Of a stretch of DNA of 64,000 nt, positions 45,722-54,717 are shown in pieces (positions within the stretch are counted from its first letter, which is position 1; the number at the start of each line of letters is the position of its first letter). The notes under the pieces are model-generated. The model made no database searches. It was given only the letters and a program-made list of their open reading frames with translations, and was not told the DNA's origin. A program made the position numbers and the translations under genes. The DNA comes from Candidatus Eiseniibacteriota bacterium (GTDB lineage Bacteria; Eisenbacteria; RBG-16-71-46; CAVPCR01): the NCBI GenBank assembly GCA_963823555.1, contig CAWGMA010000002.1:604725-668724 (forward strand). Reading direction: 5' to 3'.

Positions 45722-46399
45722 CTACCGGTAGAGAGCCTTCACCGAGCCCCAGCTCGTCGGATCGACGGAGATGGGCGAGCAGAGGTTGACCGGCGAGGCA
45801 CTGTTCCTCGGCGCCGCGGTTCCGGGCAAGAAATCGGCCGCGTTGTCATCGGTGTCCGTGCAACCCTCGTTGAGACGGAAGCCGGCGTTCGTGTTGGAGA
45901 GCACCGGGCACGCGCCCGCGCCTTCGAAGCAGTTCGCGCTGCCGTAGCCCACCAGATCCACATAGCCCGGCGGGCAGGCGCCCGAAAGGGCGGTCGCGGA
46001 CTGCACCAGCGCGACCTTCCCGCTCGTGGCCGACAAGGAGATCGTGCCGGAGGCGTCCGGCGTCGGGAGCGGCGTAGTTCCGCCGGCACCCTGGGCTTCC
46101 TGCACCAGATAGTACCCACCCGCGGGGATGGTCCCGCCCAGCAGCGTCACCTGCCACGTGCTTCCCGCGGACGAGGCGTACTGAACCGACCATCCAGAGA
46201 CGTTGATCGGAACGCCGCTCCTGTTGAACAGCTCGATGAAATCGCTCGTGTAGGTCGATCCGCTGTTGCCACCGCCGCCGTACACCTGGCTGATGACCAG
46301 GTCGCTCGTGGCAAGAACGGGGGCCGTGAAGAGGATCAGGAGACCGACGGCAAGAAGAGAGGCCGAAATCCCAGGAGACCGCATGTAGAAACGGCGCAT
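45722..46399 (-). CDS. Secreted lamin-tail-domain protein with C-terminal SWGSVKALYR motif
   Basis: LVISQVYGGGG, DFIELFN, GWSVQYAS, DTDDNAADF, PRNS; GGAGG RBS. Confidence 0.85.
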   Translation of the reverse strand: MRRFYMRSPGISASLLAVGLLILFTAPVLATSDLVISQVYGGGGNSGSTYTSDFIELFNRSGVPINVSGWSVQYASSAGSTWQVTLLGGTIPAGGYYLVQEAQGAGGTTPLPTPDASGTISLSATSGKVALVQSATALSGACPPGYVDLVGYGSANCFEGAGACPVLSNTNAGFRLNEGCTDTDDNAADFLPGTAAPRNSASPVNLCSPISVDPTSWGSVKALYR

Positions 46400-46859
46400 G
46401 GAAACCTCCCGCCGGGGGCCCACGAGGGCGCGGCTGATGGATGCTCTGGCATGAAGTGAAGGCGCCCGAGACGGGTCTCCGGAGGTCAGGAGGCCGGGAA
46501 ACACTCCTCCTCTCCTCCTGGACGGCCACGGTGAGAGGTTGACCTTCGAGCATTCCGGGTATCTGCATAGGGAAGAGTTGGGTGTACAGGGACACTCTTC
46601 ACCGGCTCGCAACCCTCACGGCCGGTCCCGAAACGCCGGGAAAGCATAGTCAAATCGAGCAGGACTATCAATGGCAAAGCCAAGAACTGCATACCACGAA
46701 GACCCATCGAAGGAACGATCAGCTACTCTGAGTTCGTCAATGGCTTGTACCCGTTGTTGGACAATGCCCACGGGTTGTATCAAATGGATGTGATCTCGGC
46801 ATACCTGGGCCGGCGGTTTGGTTCACGCATCTCGGCGCCGCCGGCCAGGTTGCTCACGA

Positions 46860-47065
46860 GAAGGTCGAGCCGTGGGTTCAGGCCGGCCGGGATCCGGTGC
46901 TGCCGTCATCCGTCGAGCGGAAGATCCCCGGCGCGGCGCCCACCGCGATCAGGTCTCCGCCGGCAAGGACCAGCAGGTCCTCGAGATCGGTGGTGAATGC
47001 CGGGAACTGGTCGATGAGCATCCAGCTCGCACCACCGTCGGTGGCGCGGATCGTGGCGCCGCGGC
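46860..47065 (-). pseudogene. Fragment of a BNR/Asp-box repeat protein
   Basis: Minus strand reads IRATDGGASW...AVGAAPGIFRSTDDGST with no start or signal peptide. Confidence 0.5.
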
Positions 47066-47197
47066 ATTCACCTCGGCAACAGGATCGACCACCGAGCGCG
47101 CCGCCGAGATTCGGTGGCCCAGTTCACCGTGCAGGTTCTCGGGTCAGATCTACAGCACGCACACCGGGCTGGCCTGCGATCCCGCCCGATCGCTCGC

Positions 47198-48913
47198 CTA
47201 TCTCAGCCTGAGGAACTTGATCGCCCCCGGAGCCGATCCATCTCCGCCGAGCCTGGCGAAGTACACACCGGCCGGTACCGCCGTGCCGGGCGTCCACACC
47301 CATCGTCCCCCGCTCCCCGTGAGCCGATCGACGAGGCGACCTTGCGCGTCGTAGATCTCGAGGATGCGCGGGCCGGCGCCGGCGAGCGCGAACTCAGCCG
47401 CCCAGCGCACGGGGTTCGGGCTCACCACGAGCTGGTCCATGGCGGGAGGTGCCTCGCCCGCGGCCACGTCGGTGGCACAGCCGACGGCGAGGGCGCCGAT
47501 CAACCCGCAGCCCGGTGGGGAGTGGGCGGGTGCACAGGGAGATGCCGGGGCGAGCGCGAAGTCCCCGACCTCCGGCTCGCAGAAGTCAGGGTCGAGTGAG
47601 AAATTCCCGTTCGCTCCGCCCTGGCCTGCGATGCAATCGTCCCAGTCTCCGCCTGCATTGGCGAAGATATCGGTGCAGGACACGACCGCGGAGCTTACAG
47701 CGGAGCAGCGGATGGCGGCGCCCTCCGTGCTCGAGCTGATGATCGAGTTGCTCACGGTCAAGTACGATGGGATCGAGTTGCCATCCCGACCGACCATGAT
47801 CCCCGAGCTGTTTCCGGCCATCGTGCAGTGGTCGACCGTCGCCATGGTGTCGTAGAGCTGGAGCGCGCCACCGAAGGCGGATTCGTTGCCCGTGAACACG
47901 CATTCCTCGATCCTCTGCTCGCCGTTGGCGGCGCGACATCCGCCGCCCTCGTCGGCCGCCGAGTTGCCGGTGAAGAGGCACCGCCGCACGACCATGCTGG
48001 GGCCGGCTGAGAGCTCGAGTCCGCCGCCGAACCGAGCCGAGTTCGCGATGAACTCGCAGTCCTCCACGGAGACGGAGCCCTGGAGGATCCCCGCGCCGCC
48101 GTTGTGGGCGACGTTCTCTCGGAAGATGCAGCGGCGGATGGTGACGACCGTGAAGTAGCCCGTGAAGATCGCACCGGCGATCGTGTCCGAGGTGTTGCCG
48201 GTGAAGGTGCATTCCTCGATGAGCGGGTCGGCATGGTCCATGGCCAGGAGCGCTCCGGCAGCGGCCGAGTGGATCTGGTGCAGGTAGAACACCTGGTTGT
48301 TCTCGAAGTGACATCGCAGGAACATCGGTGTTGATGGTGCGTAGCAGGCAACGGCGCCCCCGGCGGCCTGCTGTCCCTGGACCACGTTGTCGAGGAAGGT
48401 GCAGTCCTCGAATCGAGCCGAGGAGCTGATGCAGGCGACGGCGCCGCCGCCGCCGTTGGTCCGGTTCTCGGCGCGGTTGGAACGGAACACGCAGTCGCGA
48501 AAGGTGGGCGCGGAGACGACGAGCAGGGCGCCGCCGCCGGCCCCGTTCAGGCTCAGCGTCCGCGAGTCGCCCCCCTGGATCGTGAAGCCGGCGATCGTGG
48601 TCGCCGCTCCGACCATGAGCAGATTGAACACGCGCCCCGGGAGTCCGCCCTGGCCGAGGGCGGCGTCGATCGTGGTCGCGCCCGCGCCCTGCTCGGAGAC
48701 GATGATGCGGTTCTGGCCGTCGAAGTGGAGATCGCGGTTTCCGGGGCCCCAGTAGGTGCCGGGAGCGACGAGGACCGTGTCGAGCTCCGAGGCGGCGTCG
48801 ATCCCGGCCTGGATGGTGGGCTGGTCGGCGGGGACGCGTATCGTTGCCGCGGGTGATGTGGTGGCAAAGGCCAGGAGGAGACCAAGGGCCAGACCGAACC
48901 TGCGCAGAAGCAC
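47198..48913 (-). CDS. Secreted right-handed beta-helix (Pmp-like GGA/FxxN repeat) protein with T9SS-like CTD
   Basis: TIRVPADQPTIQAGID..DTVLVAPGTY, repeated FxxN..GG(A), DPDFC..SPC..CGLIGA, PNP..IYDAQGRLV..PAGVYF; GTG start after AAGGAG. Confidence 0.85.
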   Translation of the reverse strand: MLLRRFGLALGLLLAFATTSPAATIRVPADQPTIQAGIDAASELDTVLVAPGTYWGPGNRDLHFDGQNRIIVSEQGAGATTIDAALGQGGLPGRVFNLLMVGAATTIAGFTIQGGDSRTLSLNGAGGGALLVVSAPTFRDCVFRSNRAENRTNGGGGAVACISSSARFEDCTFLDNVVQGQQAAGGAVACYAPSTPMFLRCHFENNQVFYLHQIHSAAAGALLAMDHADPLIEECTFTGNTSDTIAGAIFTGYFTVVTIRRCIFRENVAHNGGAGILQGSVSVEDCEFIANSARFGGGLELSAGPSMVVRRCLFTGNSAADEGGGCRAANGEQRIEECVFTGNESAFGGALQLYDTMATVDHCTMAGNSSGIMVGRDGNSIPSYLTVSNSIISSSTEGAAIRCSAVSSAVVSCTDIFANAGGDWDDCIAGQGGANGNFSLDPDFCEPEVGDFALAPASPCAPAHSPPGCGLIGALAVGCATDVAAGEAPPAMDQLVVSPNPVRWAAEFALAGAGPRILEIYDAQGRLVDRLTGSGGRWVWTPGTAVPAGVYFARLGGDGSAPGAIKFLRLR

Positions 48914-49064
48914 GGGAGGACCCTCCTTGAGCGGCGGCGGGAGTAGAGACGCCTCCATTGTATCACTCGCCTGAGATGGCCCCATGCTCATGTGCACGCT
49001 GGCGAGCCCGCCGTGCCGCCGCGCCGCGGCCGGGAGGGGAAGCCGATCATGGTCGCTGGCGGCG

Positions 49065-49134
49065 GCGAACAGCGGAAACAAGGCTCCTTGGATGTTTCAG
49101 CGGAAACACGTTTCCGGGTGTTCCAGCGGAAACA
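49065..49134. repeat. Second cluster of the 16-bp palindrome
   Basis: Partial copy ending at 49080, TGTTTCAGCGGAAACA at 49093 and TGTTCCAGCGGAAACA at 49119; spacing 26-28 bp. Confidence 0.8.
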
Positions 49135-49365
49135 GGAGGGCAATCCCGGTGGTTGGTCGCGGCCCCGCCGCAGGTGGTCGGGCCACCCGCTCGTATCGCC
49201 AGGGTACCCGCAAGTGCAGGGGTGCGGGTTGCAGATGCGGAATCGTGGTCCGGGTCTACCGGTGCGTGGGTCCGCGGCGCCAGGCGGCCTCGGACATCAT
49301 CCTCCGCCTCCCGTGAATTCACTCGCGAGATCGACGACTTTCGCAGGATGACATCCGTCGGTGCC

Positions 49366-49530
49366 TCAGGTTCCGCCACCAGGACGGGGCGCCGAGATTC
49401 GCTGGATCAGTTCACCATCGGTGCGGGGGACGAAGAGCCCATCGGGGAGGAGGCAGTGAACGTGGGGGTGGAGGTTGAGGGCGCCGCCGAAGCGCTGGAC
49501 GAAGGTGACCGCTCCCGACTGCGTTGGCAG
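49366..49530 (-). mobile_element. IS91-family (Y2 HUH) transposase fragment
   Basis: GAVTFVQRFGGALNLHPHVHCLLPDGLF. Confidence 0.8.
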
Positions 49531-49586
49531 CGCGATTGTATTTTCGGACACTACTCCCTACAGAGCTTTCGGGACGGACAAGTTAC

Positions 49587-51494
49587 TCATGACGATCCTT
49601 CGGCTCCGCCGCCGAATTCGCGACGCAGCGACTCCGCATCCCAGGCGGCATCGCGCACGCTGGCGGCTTCCTCGAATTGCTCGCTGGCGAGCAAACGCTC
49701 TAGCTCGGCGATCATCTCGCGGGCGCGACTGAAGTAGGCGCCCTGGTCGTGGCGCATGGCGGCGAGTTCGCGCAGATGCTCCTCGTCGCGGCGTCGGAAC
49801 AGATCGGCGGCGCGGCGCGCCTGGAGGCCGCGGAGACCGAGAGCACGGAGCGCGTCCACCCCGAGCTGTAGCGAGCTGTCGAGGGTTTGACGGTATACCT
49901 TCTCGACGCCGGCCTCCAGCAGTTCATAGGCATGCACGCGGCCGGTGGCGCGCGCCAGGATCTGTAGGTGCGGGTGGTGCTGGCGGACAACGCGCACCAA
50001 GCGCGAGACCGCCTCGGGATCCTCCAGCGCGATCACGAGCAGCCGGGCCTCGGCCGCGCCCGCCACGCGCAGTAGATCGGTGCGCGTGGCATCGCCGTAG
50101 TAGACCTTCAGGCCCAGCTTGCGCAGGATCTCCACGCGGTCGCTGTCGTTGTCGAGAACAGTACAGCCCACGCCGTTGGCCCACAGCAGACGTCCCACCA
50201 CGTTTCCAAAGTCACCGAAGCCGGCGATGAGCACTGGATTGTGCTGTGGCGCGACGTCGCTCTCGCGATCGTCCACCTCGTGGGTGCCGACGTGCGGTTG
50301 CAGCACGCGCTCCTGGAAGAGCAGCAGCAGCGGCGTCAGGGCCATGCTCAGCGCCACGACGGCTATCAGGGGCGAGGCAACGTCTGCCGGCACTACATTG
50401 CTCTGGACCGCAAAGGAGAAGAGCACGAAGGCGAACTCGCCACCCTGGGCCAGCGCGAAGGCGAAGAGCAGGTTCTGGTCGAGGCTCATGCGGAAGAGGT
50501 GGCCGAGGACAAACAGCACCACGAACTTCACCAGCAGCAGCGCCCCGACCAGTGCGGCGATCTCTCCCGGCCGCTCGGCGATGAGGGCGAAGTCGATGGA
50601 CGCGCCGACAGCGATGAAGAACACGCCGAGGAGCAACCCCTTGAACGGTTCGATGTCGCTCTCGAGCTCGTGGCGATACTCGCTGTTGGCGAGCACGACC
50701 CCGGCGAGGAAAGTGCCCAGAGCCGGGCTCAGCCCGACCTCGCGCATCAGCAAGGCGATGCCCACGACCAGCAGCAAGGACGCAGCGGTGAACACCTCGT
50801 GGAGGCGAGCCCGCGCGATGAAGCGCAGCGCGGGTCGCACCAGGAAGCGACCGGCGATCACGATCAGGGCGACGGCGGCGAGCACTGCCAGGGTCTGTCC
50901 CCAGGCCGGGAACCCCGCCACCCAGGTGATGGCTTGCGCATGGTGGTCATCGGTGTGATCGCCCGCCGAGGGCAGCGTTGCCAGCAACGGGAGCAGCGCC
51001 AGCAGCGGGATGACGGCAACGTCCTGACAGAGCAGTACCGCAAAGGCGCCCTGCCCACCGTCGGTCTGCAGCTGTCGCTTCTCGGCGAGGGTCTGCAGCA
51101 CGATGGCCGTGGAAGACAGCGCCAGGCAGAAGCCGACTGCCACGGCGACCTGCCAGACGAGTCCCGCCGCCAAGCCGATGCCGGCGACGGCGGCAGCGGT
51201 GACCAGGATCTGCAGTCCGCCAAGCCCGAGAATCGGCGTCCGCAGCCGCCAGAGTAGCTGCGGTTGCAACTCGAGGCCGATGACAAAGAGCATGAGCACG
51301 ACGCCGAACTCGGCGAAGTGCATGACGTCCTGTCCCTCCGCGCCCACCAGGCCAAGCGCGAACGGACCGATAGCAATGCCGCCTAGCAGGTAGCCGAGCA
51401 CCGAACCGAGACCGAGTCGCTTCGCCAAGGGCACGGCGATCACGGCCGTGGCCAGGTACACGAACGCGGAGACGAAGAGATCCTGCGCCGCCAT
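49587..51494 (-). CDS. kefB: Glutathione-regulated K+ efflux protein KefB/KefC (CPA2 + TrkA-N)
   Basis: LGSVLGYL, AEFGVV.MLF.IGLEL, ESDIEPFKGLLLG.FF, IAGFGDFG, YYGDATR. Confidence 0.93.
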   Translation of the reverse strand: MAAQDLFVSAFVYLATAVIAVPLAKRLGLGSVLGYLLGGIAIGPFALGLVGAEGQDVMHFAEFGVVLMLFVIGLELQPQLLWRLRTPILGLGGLQILVTAAAVAGIGLAAGLVWQVAVAVGFCLALSSTAIVLQTLAEKRQLQTDGGQGAFAVLLCQDVAVIPLLALLPLLATLPSAGDHTDDHHAQAITWVAGFPAWGQTLAVLAAVALIVIAGRFLVRPALRFIARARLHEVFTAASLLLVVGIALLMREVGLSPALGTFLAGVVLANSEYRHELESDIEPFKGLLLGVFFIAVGASIDFALIAERPGEIAALVGALLLVKFVVLFVLGHLFRMSLDQNLLFAFALAQGGEFAFVLFSFAVQSNVVPADVASPLIAVVALSMALTPLLLLFQERVLQPHVGTHEVDDRESDVAPQHNPVLIAGFGDFGNVVGRLLWANGVGCTVLDNDSDRVEILRKLGLKVYYGDATRTDLLRVAGAAEARLLVIALEDPEAVSRLVRVVRQHHPHLQILARATGRVHAYELLEAGVEKVYRQTLDSSLQLGVDALRALGLRGLQARRAADLFRRRDEEHLRELAAMRHDQGAYFSRAREMIAELERLLASEQFEEAASVRDAAWDAESLRREFGGGAEGSS

Positions 51495-51496
51495 CG

Positions 51497-52120
51497 TCAG
51501 GCCTTCTCGCGCGGGCGCAGGGCACGCTTTAGATCCACGTTGAGGCGTGGCGATGCGGAGACAGCCGCGATGTCCACGCGGTCCTCCTGCAGAGCCTCCA
51601 GCACCTCCCGGTAGTCGCGGACGTGTCGGGCAATGGCCTCGTCGTCCATCGCGTGGGTGCCGTGCACAACGAACGGCGGCAGGAATTCCATCCCGCAGAG
51701 GCGCGCAGTCTGCTCCAGCGGCGCAAGCAACTGGCGAACGGTGAGGCGATTGGATCCTTGGGCACAGTAGGCCTCCTCGCGGCCGCCAGTGGTCACCACC
51801 TGGAGCCAGCGCTTGCCGCGCAGCGCGGTGCCCTGCGCGCCATAGGCCCAGCCGTGCTCAAGCACGAGGTCCTGCCACTCCTTCACGATCGACGGCGTGC
51901 TGTACCAGTAGAATGGGTGCTGGCAAACGAAGACATCGTGGGCTAGCAACAGCTCCTGCTCGCGCCGCACGTCGATGTCAAGGCGCGGATACATCTCGTA
52001 GAGATCGTGGAGGTGAACGTCGGGCAACTCCCGAGGCGCGGCAAGCAGGCGGCTGTTCACGCGCGATCGCTGCAGGGCGGGGTGCGCGAAGAGCACGAGC
52101 ACGCGACGCCGCGCCATCAC
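51497..52120 (-). CDS. kefG: Kef ancillary NAD(P)H oxidoreductase
   Basis: AHP..SRVN, HDLYE.YP, QHPFYWYSTP..KEWQDLVL.HGWAYG. Confidence 0.9.
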   Translation of the reverse strand: MMARRRVLVLFAHPALQRSRVNSRLLAAPRELPDVHLHDLYEMYPRLDIDVRREQELLLAHDVFVCQHPFYWYSTPSIVKEWQDLVLEHGWAYGAQGTALRGKRWLQVVTTGGREEAYCAQGSNRLTVRQLLAPLEQTARLCGMEFLPPFVVHGTHAMDDEAIARHVRDYREVLEALQEDRVDIAAVSASPRLNVDLKRALRPREKA

Positions 52121-52217
52121 GAGTCCCCCGATTGGATGCGCGTCAGCGTAGTGCCCTCATGGGGGAATGTACGCAGCATATCGTGCAGGGTGGTCTCCAC
52201 TGTTTCGTGTTGTCTCC

Positions 52218-52288
52218 TGTCAACCTCAATGGGACCAAGTCGAGGTCTTGGATCAAGGGCCACTCTCATAGTGTACTATATGCTGAAC
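52218..52288 (+). repeat. ~70-bp imperfect direct repeat, copy 1
   Basis: Shares the exact 18-mer CCTCAATGGGACCAAGTC and a TA(C/T)TATA.GCTGAAC end with 56384-56451. Confidence 0.8.
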
Positions 52289-52339
52289 TCGCGCGGTCGG
52301 GTCGTATCGAGCATCCGACGAGGCGAGCCGATGCGCGAC

Positions 52340-52600
52340 AGCTGCCCATCAGGCAGCGCGATCGGCTCCTGCGCATAGCGAGTTCGTGTTTTGGGGATGG
52401 AGCAGATCATTACCGCGCCGCGTAGTCCCTGGCAGAACCCGTACGTCGAGCGGCTGATCGGCACCCTCCGCCGCGAGTGCCTCGACCACGTCATCGTGAT
52501 GAACAAACGGCACCTGATAGGCATTCTCCGGAGCTACTTCCGCTACTACCACGGCTGGCGCACGCACCTGGCTCTCGACATGGACGCTCCGGAGGGGTGA
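52340..52600 (+). mobile_element. rve integrase-core (DDE) transposase fragment
   Basis: APRSPWQNPYVERLIGTLRRECLDH...YYH.WRTHLAL. Confidence 0.85.
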
Positions 52601-52645
52601 AGTGGACCATCCACTTCAGCGGACCGCCCGGACCCGTGGTTCCCC

Positions 52646-52735
52646 CTATGAGCGCCAACAACACCGGGGACAGCGCAGGGCGTCGAGGTGGAACACCCGG
52701 CAGAGCAGCTGGGCCCAGGGCAGTGCGCGGCGGCG
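52646..52735 (-). mobile_element. IS91-family transposase C-terminal fragment
   Basis: PWAQLLCRVFHLDALRCPRC resembles the WA.LL.RVF..D...CP.C end of IS91-type proteins. Confidence 0.65.
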
Positions 52736-52779
52736 GCGTGGCAAGGTGGTGGGTGCGGGCGCCGCAAGCGGCGCGGTCG

Positions 52780-53175
52780 GAGTGGACTGTCTCCTTCTCG
52801 GCCCGGATGTCCCAGTTGATGAGATGCGTCTCCTCGGCAAAGAGGTATCCGCAGAGGTAGCGGATCATGGCCGCCGAACCACCACCATTGTTGCGAAGAT
52901 CGAGAATGACCGCGCGGCTGTTGCCAAGAAAGTTCACGGCTGCCGTGGCGGCCGCGAATGCGTCATCGCCATGGGCGAACCGGTCGAAGCGGAGATAGTC
53001 GATCCCTCAGGGAAGGATCTCGGCTTTCACAAGACCGTAGTTGCCAGCACGCAGGATCTTCTCGCGCGCTCGACCTCGGCCGGATCCGCCTTCTGCTCGG
53101 CCGCCTGCAGCTCGCCCGGACGTGCGAACTGCGCGGGGGCGGGTCGGACCTGCATGAGAATGGCGAGGATCGTCA
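52780..53175 (-). pseudogene. S41 peptidase fragment
   Basis: NYGLVKAEILP / IDYLRFDRF...ILDLRNNGGGS; frameshifted and cut off by the IS91 fragment. Confidence 0.7.
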
Positions 53176-53379
53176 AGCCGGCACACGGGCCAGCCACGGG
53201 CGGGATGCCGTGGATAGGAAGCGCATGGAACCTCCTCGTGGTTCAGGATCTCGCGGCCGGGCCCGGGTCCTTCTTCCAGGTACACTCCCCGCGCTGCGCG
53301 CGTTGCAGGACTCCCCGCCACAAATCGCTTCTGCCCAGCCAGCCTCATTGCCAGGAGAGCGCCAGGGGCTCAAGACGGA

Positions 53380-53410
53380 AGGGGCGGCCCCTCAACCGGA
53401 AGCCGCCCCT
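53380..53410 (-). terminator. Hairpin downstream of the DUF4397 gene
   Basis: AGGGGCGGC/GCCGCCCCT stem, about 25 bp past the stop. Confidence 0.5.
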
Positions 53411-53434
53411 CCAGGAACCAGCAGTTCAGACGGA

Positions 53435-54247
53435 CTACTGACTCATCAGATTCTTGATCGATCCCCAGGTCGCCGCTTCGACCGGGGTGGCTCCCCGCGG
53501 GAGTTCGATCACCGTCCCGTCCACCAGAGCCGCAAACAGGCCGAACCCGTACGGGGCGCCCGGCGTCAGATAGCCCGAGGCGAAGACCACCGCGGCGCCA
53601 CCGCCGAGACCCGATAGATCCGCCAGGAACGCGGCCACTACGTTACCGGGCATGCCCGCGGGGGTGACCAAGAGCGTATACATGCTGGGCGGCACCGAGA
53701 TGTAGTCCATCGAGAATTGCTTGAAGGCCAGATTCTCGAACAGTGGACCGACACCCTCGGCCAGCACATCGACAGAGGGCGCATCTGGCGCACCGTGGAA
53801 AGCGAGGATATCCACGTTGCCGCCCGTGCCCATGGTGCGCAGCATCGGGAAGATCTCGAGATTGAACTCGGTCGAAATTCCCTCGGGGTTCATGGGCAGA
53901 CTGGGATCGAGAACGCCCGAAGCCATGACTACGTACTTCTCGCCAGCCGCGAGTATCACGGGGAAGGTGGCGAGGATATCTCCAGGTCCCGTGCTGTTTC
54001 CAGGAGCCACGCCGATGTTCAGCATCACGTCGGCCTCCAGAGTCACGAGGCCAGTGGCGGTCCGGAAAGCGAAGTTGTCGATGGCGAGGCCGTCATTGAT
54101 ATAGATGTCCACTTCAGCCGCCAGGGGATCGGGCGAATTGTGAATGACCTGGACATCCGCCGTCTGCGCAGAGGCCATGCTCACCACCAGGAGCATTCCC
54201 AACGCGGACAGGGCCAGAGCACGATGGGTATTCATAAGAGCAGTCAT
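53435..54247 (-). CDS. Secreted DUF4397-domain protein with C-terminal TWGSIK motif
   Basis: VQVIHNSPD...VDIY, FHGAPDAPSVDV, VFASG; ends TPVEAATWGSIKNLMSQ. Confidence 0.85.
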   Translation of the reverse strand: MTALMNTHRALALSALGMLLVVSMASAQTADVQVIHNSPDPLAAEVDIYINDGLAIDNFAFRTATGLVTLEADVMLNIGVAPGNSTGPGDILATFPVILAAGEKYVVMASGVLDPSLPMNPEGISTEFNLEIFPMLRTMGTGGNVDILAFHGAPDAPSVDVLAEGVGPLFENLAFKQFSMDYISVPPSMYTLLVTPAGMPGNVVAAFLADLSGLGGGAAVVFASGYLTPGAPYGFGLFAALVDGTVIELPRGATPVEAATWGSIKNLMSQ

Positions 54248-54717
54248 AGGATTCGCCTCCTCTCAATCATCGGTGTTGGGCCTGGACGAAGAACGCGACC
54301 CGAGCGGCGCGCTCTCAAACCTAGGATGGGAGGCAGGCGCGGGAGTTTCAGTTTGTCGATGTTAATTCTTAGTCAAGAGCCCATCCAGACATCTATGACT
54401 ACGCGGCGCCGGTGCCGCCGAGCTGGGACTTCTGGGACGAGGAGGTCGTGGCCGAGCAGGGCCTCGGCATCTTGCCGACCCTCGGGGTGAGCGCCGAGTT
54501 CTATTCTAGCTCTGTCGAAGAGGGGAGCTTCTCACCGGCACCTGATCATTACTTGCCCCGAGCCGCTGGCCGAGCCATTCTTATGGGTGAGGATCCTGGC
54601 TCAACGGCAGCCGGGAAGCGCCTCGGTTCCCAGCCGGGGCAAGCCGCGGTGCATGCAATCAGCCCTGCCCGGACCATGCGAGTCCCGGAGCGGGTCGGGC
54701 AGCGGTCGGAGGTCGGG

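Noticed and set aside
46440-46800. Riboswitch or ncRNA in the long leader of the lamin-tail gene
   Set aside because: Hairpins are possible, but I recognised no known aptamer consensus; an Rfam/Infernal search is needed.
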